This document shows, piece by piece, positions 1 to 9,074 of a DNA stretch of 64,000 nt (its first letter is position 1; each line of letters begins with the position of its first letter). A program made the position numbers and the translations under genes. The notes under the pieces are model-generated. The model saw only the letters and a program-made list of their open reading frames with translations, searched no databases and was not told the DNA's origin. The DNA is from a virus (taxonomy: Duplodnaviria; Caudoviricetes), in IMG/VR virus record IMGVR_UViG_3300022723_000184, positions 128,001 through 192,000 of that record. One strand, given 5' to 3'.

Positions 1-6
1 AACGCT

Positions 7-297
7 ATGTGTGCGCCCACGCACGACAAGGCTCCCGGCGACGACGGCCTCTTCAAATTCGTTCGGGTGAACGGCGAGTACCGGTTCACCCTCGCGATGT
101 TCGGAGGCCGCACCCACAAGTCCCTGGTCGGGGAAGGCGAGACCGCCGAATCGGCCGGGACCATGGACGTCCGGGAAGACTGTTGGAAGATGGCGGACTG
201 GCGGTCAATGACGCTGGGCATCGGCGTAGACGGCCAGACGGACATAGACAACCTCACCGAGTTGCTCGGTAAACCGTACCGGGACAGGTGGAGTTGA
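7..297 (+). CDS. hypothetical protein (may be 5'-truncated by window edge)
   Basis: ORF with genome-typical GC3 codon bias. Confidence 0.55.
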   Translation: MCAPTHDKAPGDDGLFKFVRVNGEYRFTLAMFGGRTHKSLVGEGETAESAGTMDVREDCWKMADWRSMTLGIGVDGQTDIDNLTELLGKPYRDRWS

Positions 298-302
298 CCT
301 AG

Positions 303-572
303 ATGAGCGCAGCCACGATACCCAACTACGGATGCTTCTCCGACGAAGCGAACCAGGACATCGACGAGATGATCGACGTTCTCATCGACAAGATCGAGGA
401 CGGCGAGCTGACGACCCCTGAGAGACTCGTGGCCGAGATGGCCATGCGAATGAGTGAGATCGGCGACGGTGCGTGCGATACCGTTGTCAAAGAAACTGTG
501 GCATACCACCTGCGAGATGCAATGGAAGAGCACAACATCCCTGAGTTCGGGATGCTCCTATACGGGTGGTGA
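303..572 (+). CDS. hypothetical protein
   Basis: ORF, codon bias, tight packing. Confidence 0.65.
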   Translation: MSAATIPNYGCFSDEANQDIDEMIDVLIDKIEDGELTTPERLVAEMAMRMSEIGDGACDTVVKETVAYHLRDAMEEHNIPEFGMLLYGW

Positions 573-635
573 CCAGAGTCCAGGGCAGGACGCCCGCGAG
601 GCCGTCCCAATGGACGGGAACAGGAAAGGGATGTA

Positions 636-875
636 GTGCTAGTAGAAGGGCACATTCCACAGCAGAGCGTCGAGGAAGACGTCGAAGCAGCTACCCGCAG
701 GGAAGCGGTCATCGAGTTCATGAAGCGCCACCCAGGTGTGTGCATAGAGAGCATCGATGGTGAAATGATCAGGGGTCTGTGCGAGAGCTGCAGCAAACCG
801 ATCATGGAGAGCGACACCGAGTTCAACTACGACTCCGAAGGTGTCTATTGGTGTAAGGATGACTGCGAAACATGA
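636..875 (+). CDS. hypothetical small Cys-rich protein
   Basis: ORF with CxxC pairs (CESC, WCKDC); stop overlaps next start. Confidence 0.55.
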   Translation: MLVEGHIPQQSVEEDVEAATRREAVIEFMKRHPGVCIESIDGEMIRGLCESCSKPIMESDTEFNYDSEGVYWCKDDCET

Positions 876-1351
876 GTCACGTTGTTGAGACCGAACCTGA
901 CGGCCCTGACCAGGGCATCAGAGACCTATACGTGTTGAAGAAGGCCGCAGAACGCTGCGGCCTTGTCTTTAACGAGGGACAGACGCATTTCAGAACTTGG
1001 GCCGACGACCACAACGGTCGTCTGGTCGGGGACTGGCCGCTGCCTGAGGGCCGGACGCTGGACGACGTGGGTAAGTGCGCCCACGCCCTTAGCCTGCCGA
1101 ACGCCGCCAAGTCAGGCGTCGACAGCTACGAGATCGGCGTGGTGGAGTCTAAGAAACATCCGGGCACCTATTCGTTGATGTACGACTTCTGGCGTGGTGC
1201 CCTGGAGAAGAAGGCCGGCAACTGGTGCGAGGACCTGCTGATGTACTACCAGATGGAGGCCGCGAAGCTCGCGGCCGAGGAGCAGGACCATACGTACGTC
1301 GAAGAACAGCTGGCGGACGGGACCTTCGTGGCCCGGGTAGAGGTGAACTGA
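872..1351 (+). CDS. DUF1257/Ycf35-like protein
   Basis: AAERCGLVF..GQ..F..W pattern and position upstream of a Ycf46-like AAA ATPase. Confidence 0.6.
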   Translation: MSHVVETEPDGPDQGIRDLYVLKKAAERCGLVFNEGQTHFRTWADDHNGRLVGDWPLPEGRTLDDVGKCAHALSLPNAAKSGVDSYEIGVVESKKHPGTYSLMYDFWRGALEKKAGNWCEDLLMYYQMEAAKLAAEEQDHTYVEEQLADGTFVARVEVN

Positions 1352-1545
1352 TGCCAGAGATCAAGTTCCACTTCCAGAAGGGCGGCAAGGTCAACATGGA
1401 GGTCAACGGGGTGAAGGGAGAAGGCTGCCGCACCCTGACCGCCGCGTACCGCGAGAAGATGCTCGGCATGGTGACGTCGGACGAGCCGACTGACGAGATG
1501 TACGAGGCCGAGACGGAAAACGAACAGGAGCACGAGCACGGATGA
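1351..1545 (+). CDS. DUF2997-like small protein
   Basis: GKVNMEVNGVKGEGC motif, acidic tail, TGATG coupling to upstream gene. Confidence 0.6.
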   Translation: MPEIKFHFQKGGKVNMEVNGVKGEGCRTLTAAYREKMLGMVTSDEPTDEMYEAETENEQEHEHG

Positions 1546-1615
1546 AGCTGTCTCGCCTTGTCTTGCCTTTAAGTCGGCGAGCTGCATTGTCCGTATTCTA
1601 CTCAGGTGAGTCTAG

Positions 1616-3139
1616 ATGAAACTTAAAAAAGCGATTGAGGAAGCGGTCTCTGCCGGCTATGGCGGGATCTGGGTCCGCTCCCCTGAACACGAAGACGCCA
1701 TCCGCCTGATCAGTGACGTGTGCAAAGAGTTCGGCTGGAACATGGCCATGTTCGACCTGGACCGTGGCTTCCGCATCGTTGGTGCGGAGGAGTCCCATGT
1801 CACCGAACCGAGCTTGGGCGCAGCGCTCAAGGCGTCGATCAAGTGGGTCGAGACGGCGGACGACGTGGAGACCGAGGACTCGCAGTACCTGCTGGTCGTT
1901 CGCAACCTTCACTTCAGTCTGAATAACAGCAAGACGATCCAGATCCTGCAGCACGTGATCGAGGAGGGCGCCGCCCTCGGCCTTCACGTGATCGGCCTGA
2001 CGCCTGAGGGCATCAAGCTGCCGCGGGAGCTGGACAATTACTTCTACCCCACGCACCACACGCTTCCGGACATGGGGGAGCTGTACGACCTGGTGCTTGA
2101 GGTGGACGACGAGATCAAGATGCCCGAGAAGGGATCCAAGGACGCTGAGCAGCTTTTGTCGAACGTGACGGGCATGACCCGTATGGCGGCAATGGGCGCC
2201 TACGGCATCTCCCTGGCCCGCCACAACAAGATGGACCCGGAGACGCTCAGCCAGGTCAAGTCCGAGACCATGGAGGCCGGCGGCCTGTTGTCGATCCACG
2301 AGTCCAAGCAGGGCTTCGAGGCGGTGGCCGGCTGCGACCACATCAAGGACTTCCTCAAAACCGGCATCCTCTCGCCGAATAAGACCGACGTCGTTCGGTT
2401 GCGTGCGGTGATGCTGCTGGGCTGGCCGGGCACCGGCAAGTCGTTCCTCACCCAGTGCCTGGGTAAGGAGACCACCCGGCCGACCGTGGAGGTCGACGTG
2501 GGGGCTCTCAAAGGGAGCCTGGTGGGCCAGACCGAGGAGAACACCCGCAGGGCCCTGGCGACACTGGACGCCATGGCCCCGTGCATCGCCTACTTCGACG
2601 AGATCGAGAAAGCGGTCACGACCAACGCCATGGACAGCGGGGCCAGCAGCGGACAGCTGGGGGCCCTTCTGACGTGGCTGAACGACCACACGTCAGACGT
2701 GGTCTGCGTGTTCACCTCGAACGACATCTCGCACCTGCCTCCTGAGTTCCTGCGGGCGGAGCGGATGGACGGGATCTTCTACTTCGGCCGGCCGACGCGT
2801 GAGGCGAAGGACCGGGCGTGGGAAATCTACGAGGCCAAGTTCGGTGTCTCGGGCGAGCGCCCGGACGACACGGACTGGACGCCGGCCGAGATCAAGACCT
2901 GTTGCCGGCTGGCCGCCCTGTTCGACCGGAGCCTGGTCGACTCGGCGAACCAGGTGGTGCCGGTCTATCGGACCAATGGCGAGAAGATCAACGCCCTCGA
3001 AGAGTGGGCCGAGGACCGATGCCTGAGCGCCGACTACCACGGCGTGTTCACGCGGAAGTCCCGTCCCAAGATGATCGAGCGGCCGGGCGGTGGCGAGAAG
3101 CCTCGCCGGAGGGTCCGCCGCAAGGCTGGGACCAAATAA
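1616..3139 (+). CDS. AAA+ ATPase, Ycf46-like
   Basis: Walker A GWPGTGKS, Walker B YFDEIEK, second region of homology PPEFLRAERMD. Confidence 0.9.
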   Translation: MKLKKAIEEAVSAGYGGIWVRSPEHEDAIRLISDVCKEFGWNMAMFDLDRGFRIVGAEESHVTEPSLGAALKASIKWVETADDVETEDSQYLLVVRNLHFSLNNSKTIQILQHVIEEGAALGLHVIGLTPEGIKLPRELDNYFYPTHHTLPDMGELYDLVLEVDDEIKMPEKGSKDAEQLLSNVTGMTRMAAMGAYGISLARHNKMDPETLSQVKSETMEAGGLLSIHESKQGFEAVAGCDHIKDFLKTGILSPNKTDVVRLRAVMLLGWPGTGKSFLTQCLGKETTRPTVEVDVGALKGSLVGQTEENTRRALATLDAMAPCIAYFDEIEKAVTTNAMDSGASSGQLGALLTWLNDHTSDVVCVFTSNDISHLPPEFLRAERMDGIFYFGRPTREAKDRAWEIYEAKFGVSGERPDDTDWTPAEIKTCCRLAALFDRSLVDSANQVVPVYRTNGEKINALEEWAEDRCLSADYHGVFTRKSRPKMIERPGGGEKPRRRVRRKAGTK

Positions 3140-3148
3140 GGAGGTCAC

Positions 3149-4360
3149 ATGACCACCATGACCCAAGACACCAACCTGTTCGACAAACCCCAGGTCTCCG
3201 AGAAATCGGTGGACGCGTCACCGAGCGAAAAGCTGCAGCAGGAGTGCTGCGGTTGCCGGCTGAGCTTCAGCTGGCTTGCCTCTAACAAGGGCCTGTCGGA
3301 CGCCGACAAGCAGGGCATGGCCCTGGCCCTGGGCGTGACGGACCGCAAGGCCCTGAGCGCCAGCAAGCGGCTCTTCGACTCGAAGCAGCCGTGGATCAAG
3401 ATGGCCAACGAGCTGCGGAATCGTATCAGCAACTACTGGTACGGCATGACCATCCCGCTGGCCCAGGCCCACACCGACGACGTCCGCCTGGAGGGCGGCG
3501 TCCGGCTGGTCCGCCGTGACCAGATCGAAGAGTTCCACAACCGGATGCTCGCTTACAAGAGCGAGGCCGAGACCGTCGAGCAGAAGCTCGTGGAGCATCG
3601 CGACGAGATCCTCGCGGCGTCCCGGAAGATGCTCGGCAACAAGTTCGAGGCGAGCGACTACCCGGCCCGGTTCCAGCTGTCCTTCCGCTGGGGCTTTCCC
3701 AGCGTGGAAATCCCCAGCTACCTGGAGGAGCTGTCGCCGGAGGTCTACCAGGCCGAGCTGCGGGCCGTGAAGCAGCGGTTCGAGGACACCTACGAACTGG
3801 CCACGAGCGTCATGCTCAGCGAGTTCCAGGCGGTGATCGCGAGCTGGGTCGCCCGGCTGGGTCCGGTGCTGAAGATCTACCCGCCCCGAGGTCACGAGCA
3901 CAACGCTCTGGCCGGGGCCAAGATCGACGAGCGTACCGACAACCCTGACGGCTCGATCACGCTCAAGTTGCGGCACAGGCCGCCGCACGAGAAGAAGAGT
4001 ACGGTCCACGAGATCACGGTCGCCGACGACAACGAGTACGCCTCGTTACGTGCGGCCAAGGACCCGACCGAGAAGCAGACCTTCAAGAACTCGACGGTCC
4101 AGAACCTGCTCGACCTGATCGGCAAGTTCCGGAACCTGGGCGGGACCATCTCGTCGAGTGTCGAGTTCGAGGGCCTGGTGGACCAGGTCTCCCAGCAGAT
4201 CCGTGGCTTCAACGACGCCGAGGACCTGGGCAAGGAGCTGCGGGACAGCAAGCGTTTCCGTGAGGACACGCACAAGCTGATGAGCGAGCTGTCGTCGAAC
4301 CTGGAGGGCCAGGTCGTCGAGTTCACCAAGAAGCGGCGGAAGATCCGCCGCATGAACTGA
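3149..4360 (+). CDS. hypothetical protein (DUF3150-like, companion of the Ycf46 cluster)
   Basis: 403-aa ORF with RBS GGAGG; helical/coiled-coil character. Confidence 0.6.
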   Translation: MTTMTQDTNLFDKPQVSEKSVDASPSEKLQQECCGCRLSFSWLASNKGLSDADKQGMALALGVTDRKALSASKRLFDSKQPWIKMANELRNRISNYWYGMTIPLAQAHTDDVRLEGGVRLVRRDQIEEFHNRMLAYKSEAETVEQKLVEHRDEILAASRKMLGNKFEASDYPARFQLSFRWGFPSVEIPSYLEELSPEVYQAELRAVKQRFEDTYELATSVMLSEFQAVIASWVARLGPVLKIYPPRGHEHNALAGAKIDERTDNPDGSITLKLRHRPPHEKKSTVHEITVADDNEYASLRAAKDPTEKQTFKNSTVQNLLDLIGKFRNLGGTISSSVEFEGLVDQVSQQIRGFNDAEDLGKELRDSKRFREDTHKLMSELSSNLEGQVVEFTKKRRKIRRMN

Positions 4361-4629
4361 TGAGCGGGACCGTCATTCGGTTCACGAAGGGTGGGGGCGT
4401 TCGTGCGATTTATCATGACTCCTACAAGTTCGGCGCGGTGCCACGGAGGGCATCTCGCGTCGAGCCGATCCAGTCGGGCTCGCAGGCCGGCCGGTGGTTC
4501 GTGGACATGAGCCCGCTGGGCGCCAGGTTTCAGTACTGCCTGCTGCAAACCCACGAGGCGAGGCAGGAGGCGCTCGCCGCAGAGGTCAAACACATCGAGG
4601 AGGTCTGGATCTATGCTGATCGGACTTGA
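4360..4629 (+). CDS. hypothetical protein
   Basis: ORF coupled to upstream stop; RRASRVEP motif. Confidence 0.65.
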   Translation: MSGTVIRFTKGGGVRAIYHDSYKFGAVPRRASRVEPIQSGSQAGRWFVDMSPLGARFQYCLLQTHEARQEALAAEVKHIEEVWIYADRT

Positions 4630-5197
4630 CCGACGACAACTGAACCACGTGATCTTCGCCCTCCGCTTCTTGCAGTCGCAGGTCGAGGTGGACGCGGAGG
4701 TCGAGGACATCCTGGCGGAGTCCGAGCTGATCAAGGGCGAGGACGTCGACCCCATGTCGATGGAGGAGATCGACGAGCTGTGTGAGCACGTCAACACCAG
4801 CAACTTCGGTCGCCTGTACAAGGGCGGCTCGATGTTCCTCCGCAACGCGATCGGCGACGCCAAGGGTAGCGACGGCGAGCACGACTACGAGCTGTCGACC
4901 GTGACGTTTGGCGACAACCCGCTGATCGGTAGCAAGTACTCGGGCTGCTACTGGGGCCCGTCCTGGGAGGACCTGGTCCTGATGGCCAGGGCGGCGGGCG
5001 TCGACGACAACAACTGGGCGCCAGGCGACAAGGTTCGATGGACGGACCCCGACGAGGGCAAGGCCTCGGACGACGGGGTCATCGAGAGCGTGCAGCACCA
5101 GGAGATGGACGCGGTGATCACGGTTAAGCTCAAGAGCGGCTCCGTGGTCGAAGCCCTTCCCCGGGAGCTGCGGTTTTACTGCAAGAAAGAAAAGTGA
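4613..5197 (+). CDS. hypothetical protein
   Basis: ORF, strong codon bias. Confidence 0.65.
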   Translation: MLIGLDRRQLNHVIFALRFLQSQVEVDAEVEDILAESELIKGEDVDPMSMEEIDELCEHVNTSNFGRLYKGGSMFLRNAIGDAKGSDGEHDYELSTVTFGDNPLIGSKYSGCYWGPSWEDLVLMARAAGVDDNNWAPGDKVRWTDPDEGKASDDGVIESVQHQEMDAVITVKLKSGSVVEALPRELRFYCKKEK

Positions 5198-5499
5198 CAC
5201 CGTACGAGCATGTTGGCCCGAAACAGCACGGAAGGAAAATGAAAATGACCGAAATCACTGAGATCAAGCCTGGCGACATCCTCTGGCAGGGCCACGGCCT
5301 ACTCGGCGGCCGTGATCACGACGACACGGCCACCGGCTACTACGCCACCGAGGCCGAGGCGCTGGCCGCCGTGGAATCGGAGTGGCTGGCGTGGCTGACG
5401 CCCAGCGAGCGAGAGCGCGCTGATACCTACGCTCGGCGATACCGCATCGAGGCCGTCGAGCCCGACGGCACGGTCGGCTCCGCGATCACGATCGACTGA
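5194..5499 (+). CDS. hypothetical protein
   Basis: ORF; true start may be a downstream ATG. Confidence 0.55.
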   Translation: MTPYEHVGPKQHGRKMKMTEITEIKPGDILWQGHGLLGGRDHDDTATGYYATEAEALAAVESEWLAWLTPSERERADTYARRYRIEAVEPDGTVGSAITID

Positions 5500-5568
5500 C
5501 CCCACCCCCGTCACTCTGCGGAGTGACGTGATGGACGGGTTCAAACACCAAACTGAAAGGAAAACGCT

Positions 5569-5829
5569 ATGAAGAAAATCATCGAAACAGACGAATCGGA
5601 AGGGCTTGAATCTCTACTCGGCGAGCAAGTCACGCTGTGGTGCGAGTGCTACATCTACGCCGGCAAGTTGATCGGCGTGAACACGCACGATGTGAAGCTC
5701 GCCGACGCAAAGATCGTCTACGAAACCGGTTCGCTCAACGAAGCCGGATTCAAGAATGCTCAGTCGCTCCCTGGCGAATCGTGGTATGTGCGCATCCCTA
5801 AAATCGAATCCTATGGGGTCATGAAATGA
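5569..5829 (+). CDS. hypothetical phage protein
   Basis: RBS AAGGA; motif TLWCECYIYAGKLIGVN...IVYETG. Confidence 0.7.
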   Translation: MKKIIETDESEGLESLLGEQVTLWCECYIYAGKLIGVNTHDVKLADAKIVYETGSLNEAGFKNAQSLPGESWYVRIPKIESYGVMK

Positions 5830-6020
5830 GCCTTGGCGCTGGCGGCAGAATGTCGTGGTCGCGGTCGCGGTCGTGGTCGCGGTCGTGGTCGTGGTCGTGG
5901 TCGCGGTCGTGGTCGGGGTCGCGGTCGTGGTCGCGGTCGTGCTCGGGGTCGCGGTCGTGGTCGCGGTCGTGGTCGCGGTCGTGGTCGTGGTCGCGGTCGG
6001 GGAGCGACAACAACCGATAG
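5826..6020 (+). CDS. Arg/Ser/Trp-rich low-complexity peptide
   Basis: ATGA overlap with upstream gene; encoded by the hexamer repeat. Confidence 0.5.
   Translation: MSLGAGGRMSWSRSRSWSRSWSWSWSRSWSGSRSWSRSCSGSRSWSRSWSRSWSWSRSGSDNNR
5852..6001. repeat. tandem hexamer repeat (GGTCGT/GGTCGC), about 25 units
   Basis: directly visible. Confidence 0.97.
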
Positions 6021-6034
6021 GAGTGTTTAGACCC

Positions 6035-6454
6035 GTGAAGCACGAAAACCAGTGCAGCTATTCCCGCTGCCGATACGAGTATGAATTGCGGCTGATTTAT
6101 GCCAACGTGCAGCTGTGCAACAAGCACTGGTCCCAGCTCTGCGACATCGAGCTGGACCTGGAAGGCCGCACGGCTGCCAAGGTCCTGCAAGCGGAGCGGG
6201 CCTGCCTCAAGTTCTTCGCCAAGTGCGGATCCCGCAAAGCCAAGCGCCTGCTGGACAAGCTGAACGCAGACCCGGACGCCTACACCCTGCAGCACGTAGG
6301 AACCAGGGGCCTGACCGTCGCGGAATACATCGCGTCGCTCGCCCGCCCCGTGGAAGAGCCTACCCCCGTCGAGGAGGACGAGGCCGATGACTCAGACGAG
6401 TTCGGCGGTATCTCCGGTTACATCGAAGATCCCGCGAGTGGTCCTGTTCTTTGA
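6035..6454 (+). CDS. hypothetical protein
   Basis: GTG start after AGGAG; C-terminal part of track ORF 5855..6454. Confidence 0.55.
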   Translation: MKHENQCSYSRCRYEYELRLIYANVQLCNKHWSQLCDIELDLEGRTAAKVLQAERACLKFFAKCGSRKAKRLLDKLNADPDAYTLQHVGTRGLTVAEYIASLARPVEEPTPVEEDEADDSDEFGGISGYIEDPASGPVL

Positions 6455-6887
6455 CGGGGCCTGCGAGCCAAAGAACCCGGGCGGCGTGCCGACCTGGGGT
6501 TACGTGATCTACCGGGCCGACGGCTCCCTGTGGTTTGAAGACTGTGGGGTGTCCAGGCTCAACAAGTTCCCCAAGACCAACAACGTCGCGGAGTACCACG
6601 CCCTAGGTCACGGCCTGCGTCGGCTACTCGACGAAGGTCACCAGGGCGACGTGATGGTCTACGGTGATTCGCAGCTGGTGATCAACCAGGTGTTCGGCGA
6701 GTGGAAGTGCAGGCCGGTACATCTGACCCAGCTCCGCCGCAGGATCCTCCAACTGGTCTCGGAGCTTAGGGGCCAGGTGATCGGGTCCTGGGTGCCCCGG
6801 GACCGCAACGAGTACGCCGACGCCCTGTCGAAAAAGGCTTACGTGCAGACGACGGGCAGGCAACCACCAGAACGAAGGAGACAGTAA
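6387..6887 (+). CDS. ribonuclease HI-like protein
   Basis: FDGAC, TNNVAEY, GDSQLV, RNEYADALS catalytic motifs; real start possibly GTG 6438. Confidence 0.88.
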   Translation: MTQTSSAVSPVTSKIPRVVLFFDGACEPKNPGGVPTWGYVIYRADGSLWFEDCGVSRLNKFPKTNNVAEYHALGHGLRRLLDEGHQGDVMVYGDSQLVINQVFGEWKCRPVHLTQLRRRILQLVSELRGQVIGSWVPRDRNEYADALSKKAYVQTTGRQPPERRRQ

Positions 6888-6890
6888 CGC

Positions 6891-7148
6891 ATGGCGAGCC
6901 GTGCTGAAGTGCAGATACAGTGGGCGGAGAAGGCGGCTGACATCTTGCTCGACCGAAGGATCGTGGAGATCCGCTACATGTCCGACTTCCACATGGCCCA
7001 GGAGATGTGGAGCGGACCCGCCCCGATCATCCTCGTCCTCGACGACGGGACCAAGATCTACCCGGCACGGGACCCTGAGGGCAACGGCCCGGGGGCGTTG
7101 TTCGGCGTGAAGAGGGACGGCGAGGACTTCTGCGTCCCGCCGGTCTGA
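6891..7148 (+). CDS. hypothetical protein
   Basis: ORF with LDDGT and DPEGNGPGALF motifs. Confidence 0.65.
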   Translation: MASRAEVQIQWAEKAADILLDRRIVEIRYMSDFHMAQEMWSGPAPIILVLDDGTKIYPARDPEGNGPGALFGVKRDGEDFCVPPV

Positions 7149-7160
7149 TAGGAGAGACAC

Positions 7161-8048
7161 TTGGCCAAACGCAAGTTCACGATGCACGAGCAGATGATCT
7201 TCGACGTAATCCGCAAACAGGCGGGCACGCTGTCGAAGGCGGCGTTGGAAGGCGTGATGAACGCCGTCGACGCCAACGCCTCCGAGATCAAGATCACGCT
7301 CGACGAGGGCAGGATGACCCTGTCCGACGACGGTAAGGGGTTCCGGTCCAAGAAGGAGATCGAAGACTACTTCGAGACCTTCGGCCGACCTCACACAGAG
7401 CAAGAGCAGAAGGTCTTCGGCAAGTTCCGTATGGGTCGCGGGCAGATGTTCGCGTTCGGCAGGAACCTGTGGGAGACCGGACGATTCCGGATGGACGTCG
7501 ACGTCAAGGACAAGGGCCTGGATTACGACCTGAAGGAGCTGTCCGAGAAGGAGCGGGCGCCCGGTTGCTCGATCACGATCGAGCTGTACGACCAGTTGCT
7601 GCCGAGTGACGTCGACAAGACGGTCAGGGACCTGGAGCTGTGGTGCAAGTGGGCGCCGCTCCGTGTGGTGCTCAATGACCGGGAGATCAGTTCGGATCCC
7701 GCTGCCCAGGAGTGGCAGTACGAGACGGACGAGGCCTACGTCAGTCTGACGGGTGTCGGCGGTCTGACGATCTACAACCAGGGCGTGTTCGTCATGGACA
7801 TTCCGGCCTACCGGTACGGGACGGGCGGCGAGGTCGTGACCAAGATGGGTCAGGATCTTGACGTCAACTTCGCCCGCAACGACATCCTGGCTTCGTGCCC
7901 GATCTGGAAGAAGGTCTCGCCCTTCATCGACCAGCGGGCCACGGAGAAGAACACCAAGAAGCGGGCCCTGGACGACGGCGCCCGCCAGAGGCTGGCCCAC
8001 CAGTTGAAGGCCGGCGAAGAGATCGAGTCTCATCTTCTAAACCGATGA
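7161..8048 (+). pseudogene. GHKL (HATPase_c/MORC-like) ATPase, 3' end replaced by an inverted CRISPR repeat
   Basis: EGVMNAVDA, DDGKGF, GKFRMGRGQ boxes; terminal residues SHLLNR and the stop codon come from the repeat at 8027-8062. Confidence 0.7.
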
Positions 8049-8062
8049 GCAGGTATTAAGAT
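8027..8062 (-). CRISPR. solitary CRISPR repeat, 35/36 identical to the array consensus
   Basis: minus strand reads ATCTTAATACCTGCTCATCGGTTTAGAAGATGAGAC. Confidence 0.95.
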
Positions 8063-8080
8063 CCTCGGTATTGTAGTCTA
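8063..8080 (-). promoter_or_regulatory. leader-like element with -10 box (TACAAT) upstream of the solitary repeat
   Basis: TAGACTACAATACCGAGG vs array leader TAGGTTATAATGCCGCGG (13/18), same 7-nt spacing to the repeat. Confidence 0.7.
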
Positions 8081-8139
8081 GCAAGAAGGACTTCGTGTTC
8101 GACTGGATCAAGAACATCATGCTCATTTAGGAGGTTGTT

Positions 8140-8406
8140 TTGAAAACCATTTGGAAATTCCCGCTCGAAATCGTCGACCAGCAAGAGGTCGAGATGCCTG
8201 CCGAAGCAGGCGGCATTCACGTGGAGATGCAGAACAACCAGCTGTGTTTGTGGTCGATGGTAGATCCCGAGGCGCCCAAGGTGTCCGTCAAGATCCGTGT
8301 CGTTGGTACTGGGCACCCTATCCCGGACGCCGACAAGCTGACGCACTTGGGCTCGTGCCTGATGGCCGGCGGTGCCCTCGTGTGGCATGTGTTCAAGAAG
8401 GACTAG
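8140..8406 (+). CDS. hypothetical phage protein
   Basis: TTG start after AGGAGG; IWKFPL..VVGTGHP pattern. Confidence 0.75.
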   Translation: MKTIWKFPLEIVDQQEVEMPAEAGGIHVEMQNNQLCLWSMVDPEAPKVSVKIRVVGTGHPIPDADKLTHLGSCLMAGGALVWHVFKKD

Positions 8407-9074
8407 AAGGGGTCGGATACGCGGCCTAACCAGTTTACCACCGTCGGGCCGAGGTGGTAGGCGGCGGTCTGCTCCATGTAGACCACGCGATCGCGTTCGG
8501 CCCACTGCTTCGCAAATTGGATGTCGCAGGTCTCGGCGGTCTGAAACCGTTCGGGGTACGGCTTCCGTTGCGAGGTGTGGTAGAGCTGGAAGTAGCCTCG
8601 GACCAGGCCGTGCTCGAAGGCGGCTGAGTCCGGGGGGATGTACGCCAGGCGGGTGTGATACGGGATGAACGGGTCGGCCTGCTTGATCGCATAGCGAGAG
8701 GGTACGACGAACCTTGGCGCCCCGTACAGCTTAGTAGGGTCAGGGACGACCCGGTGCAGTTGGTCGATCGTCTTCTCGGGGATCACGATGTCCGCGTCCA
8801 GGTGTAGTATCCAACCAGGGGACGCATCGAAGATGCCAGCGCACCGGCTTAGCAGGTGCGACAGTGCCTTGCCCTTGTTGAACGGTGCACCGCCCTCGTA
8901 GAAGGCGTCGGTGCGGACAAGAGAAAAGCCCAGGTCCTTGCAGACCTGGGCCGTGTGTTCGTCTTGGTTGTCGGTCACGACGACGACCCTGGGGGTCAGC
9001 CGCTTCCAGGACAGGCCGGCGATCTCCAGGGTGTCGGCGTAGTTGACGCTGACACTGACGATCGTCGGCTGCAT
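8403..9074 (-). CDS. glycosyltransferase (GT-A fold)
   Basis: FNKGKAL and LHLDADI (DxD) motifs; ATG at 9074 coupled to upstream stop. Confidence 0.75.
   Translation of the reverse strand: MQPTIVSVSVNYADTLEIAGLSWKRLTPRVVVVTDNQDEHTAQVCKDLGFSLVRTDAFYEGGAPFNKGKALSHLLSRCAGIFDASPGWILHLDADIVIPEKTIDQLHRVVPDPTKLYGAPRFVVPSRYAIKQADPFIPYHTRLAYIPPDSAAFEHGLVRGYFQLYHTSQRKPYPERFQTAETCDIQFAKQWAERDRVVYMEQTAAYHLGPTVVNWLGRVSDPF

Noticed and set aside
5855-6034. Poly-Val N-terminal membrane anchor on the downstream protein
   Set aside because: Produced by the hexamer repeat frame; a better RBS and GTG start lie at 6019-6035.
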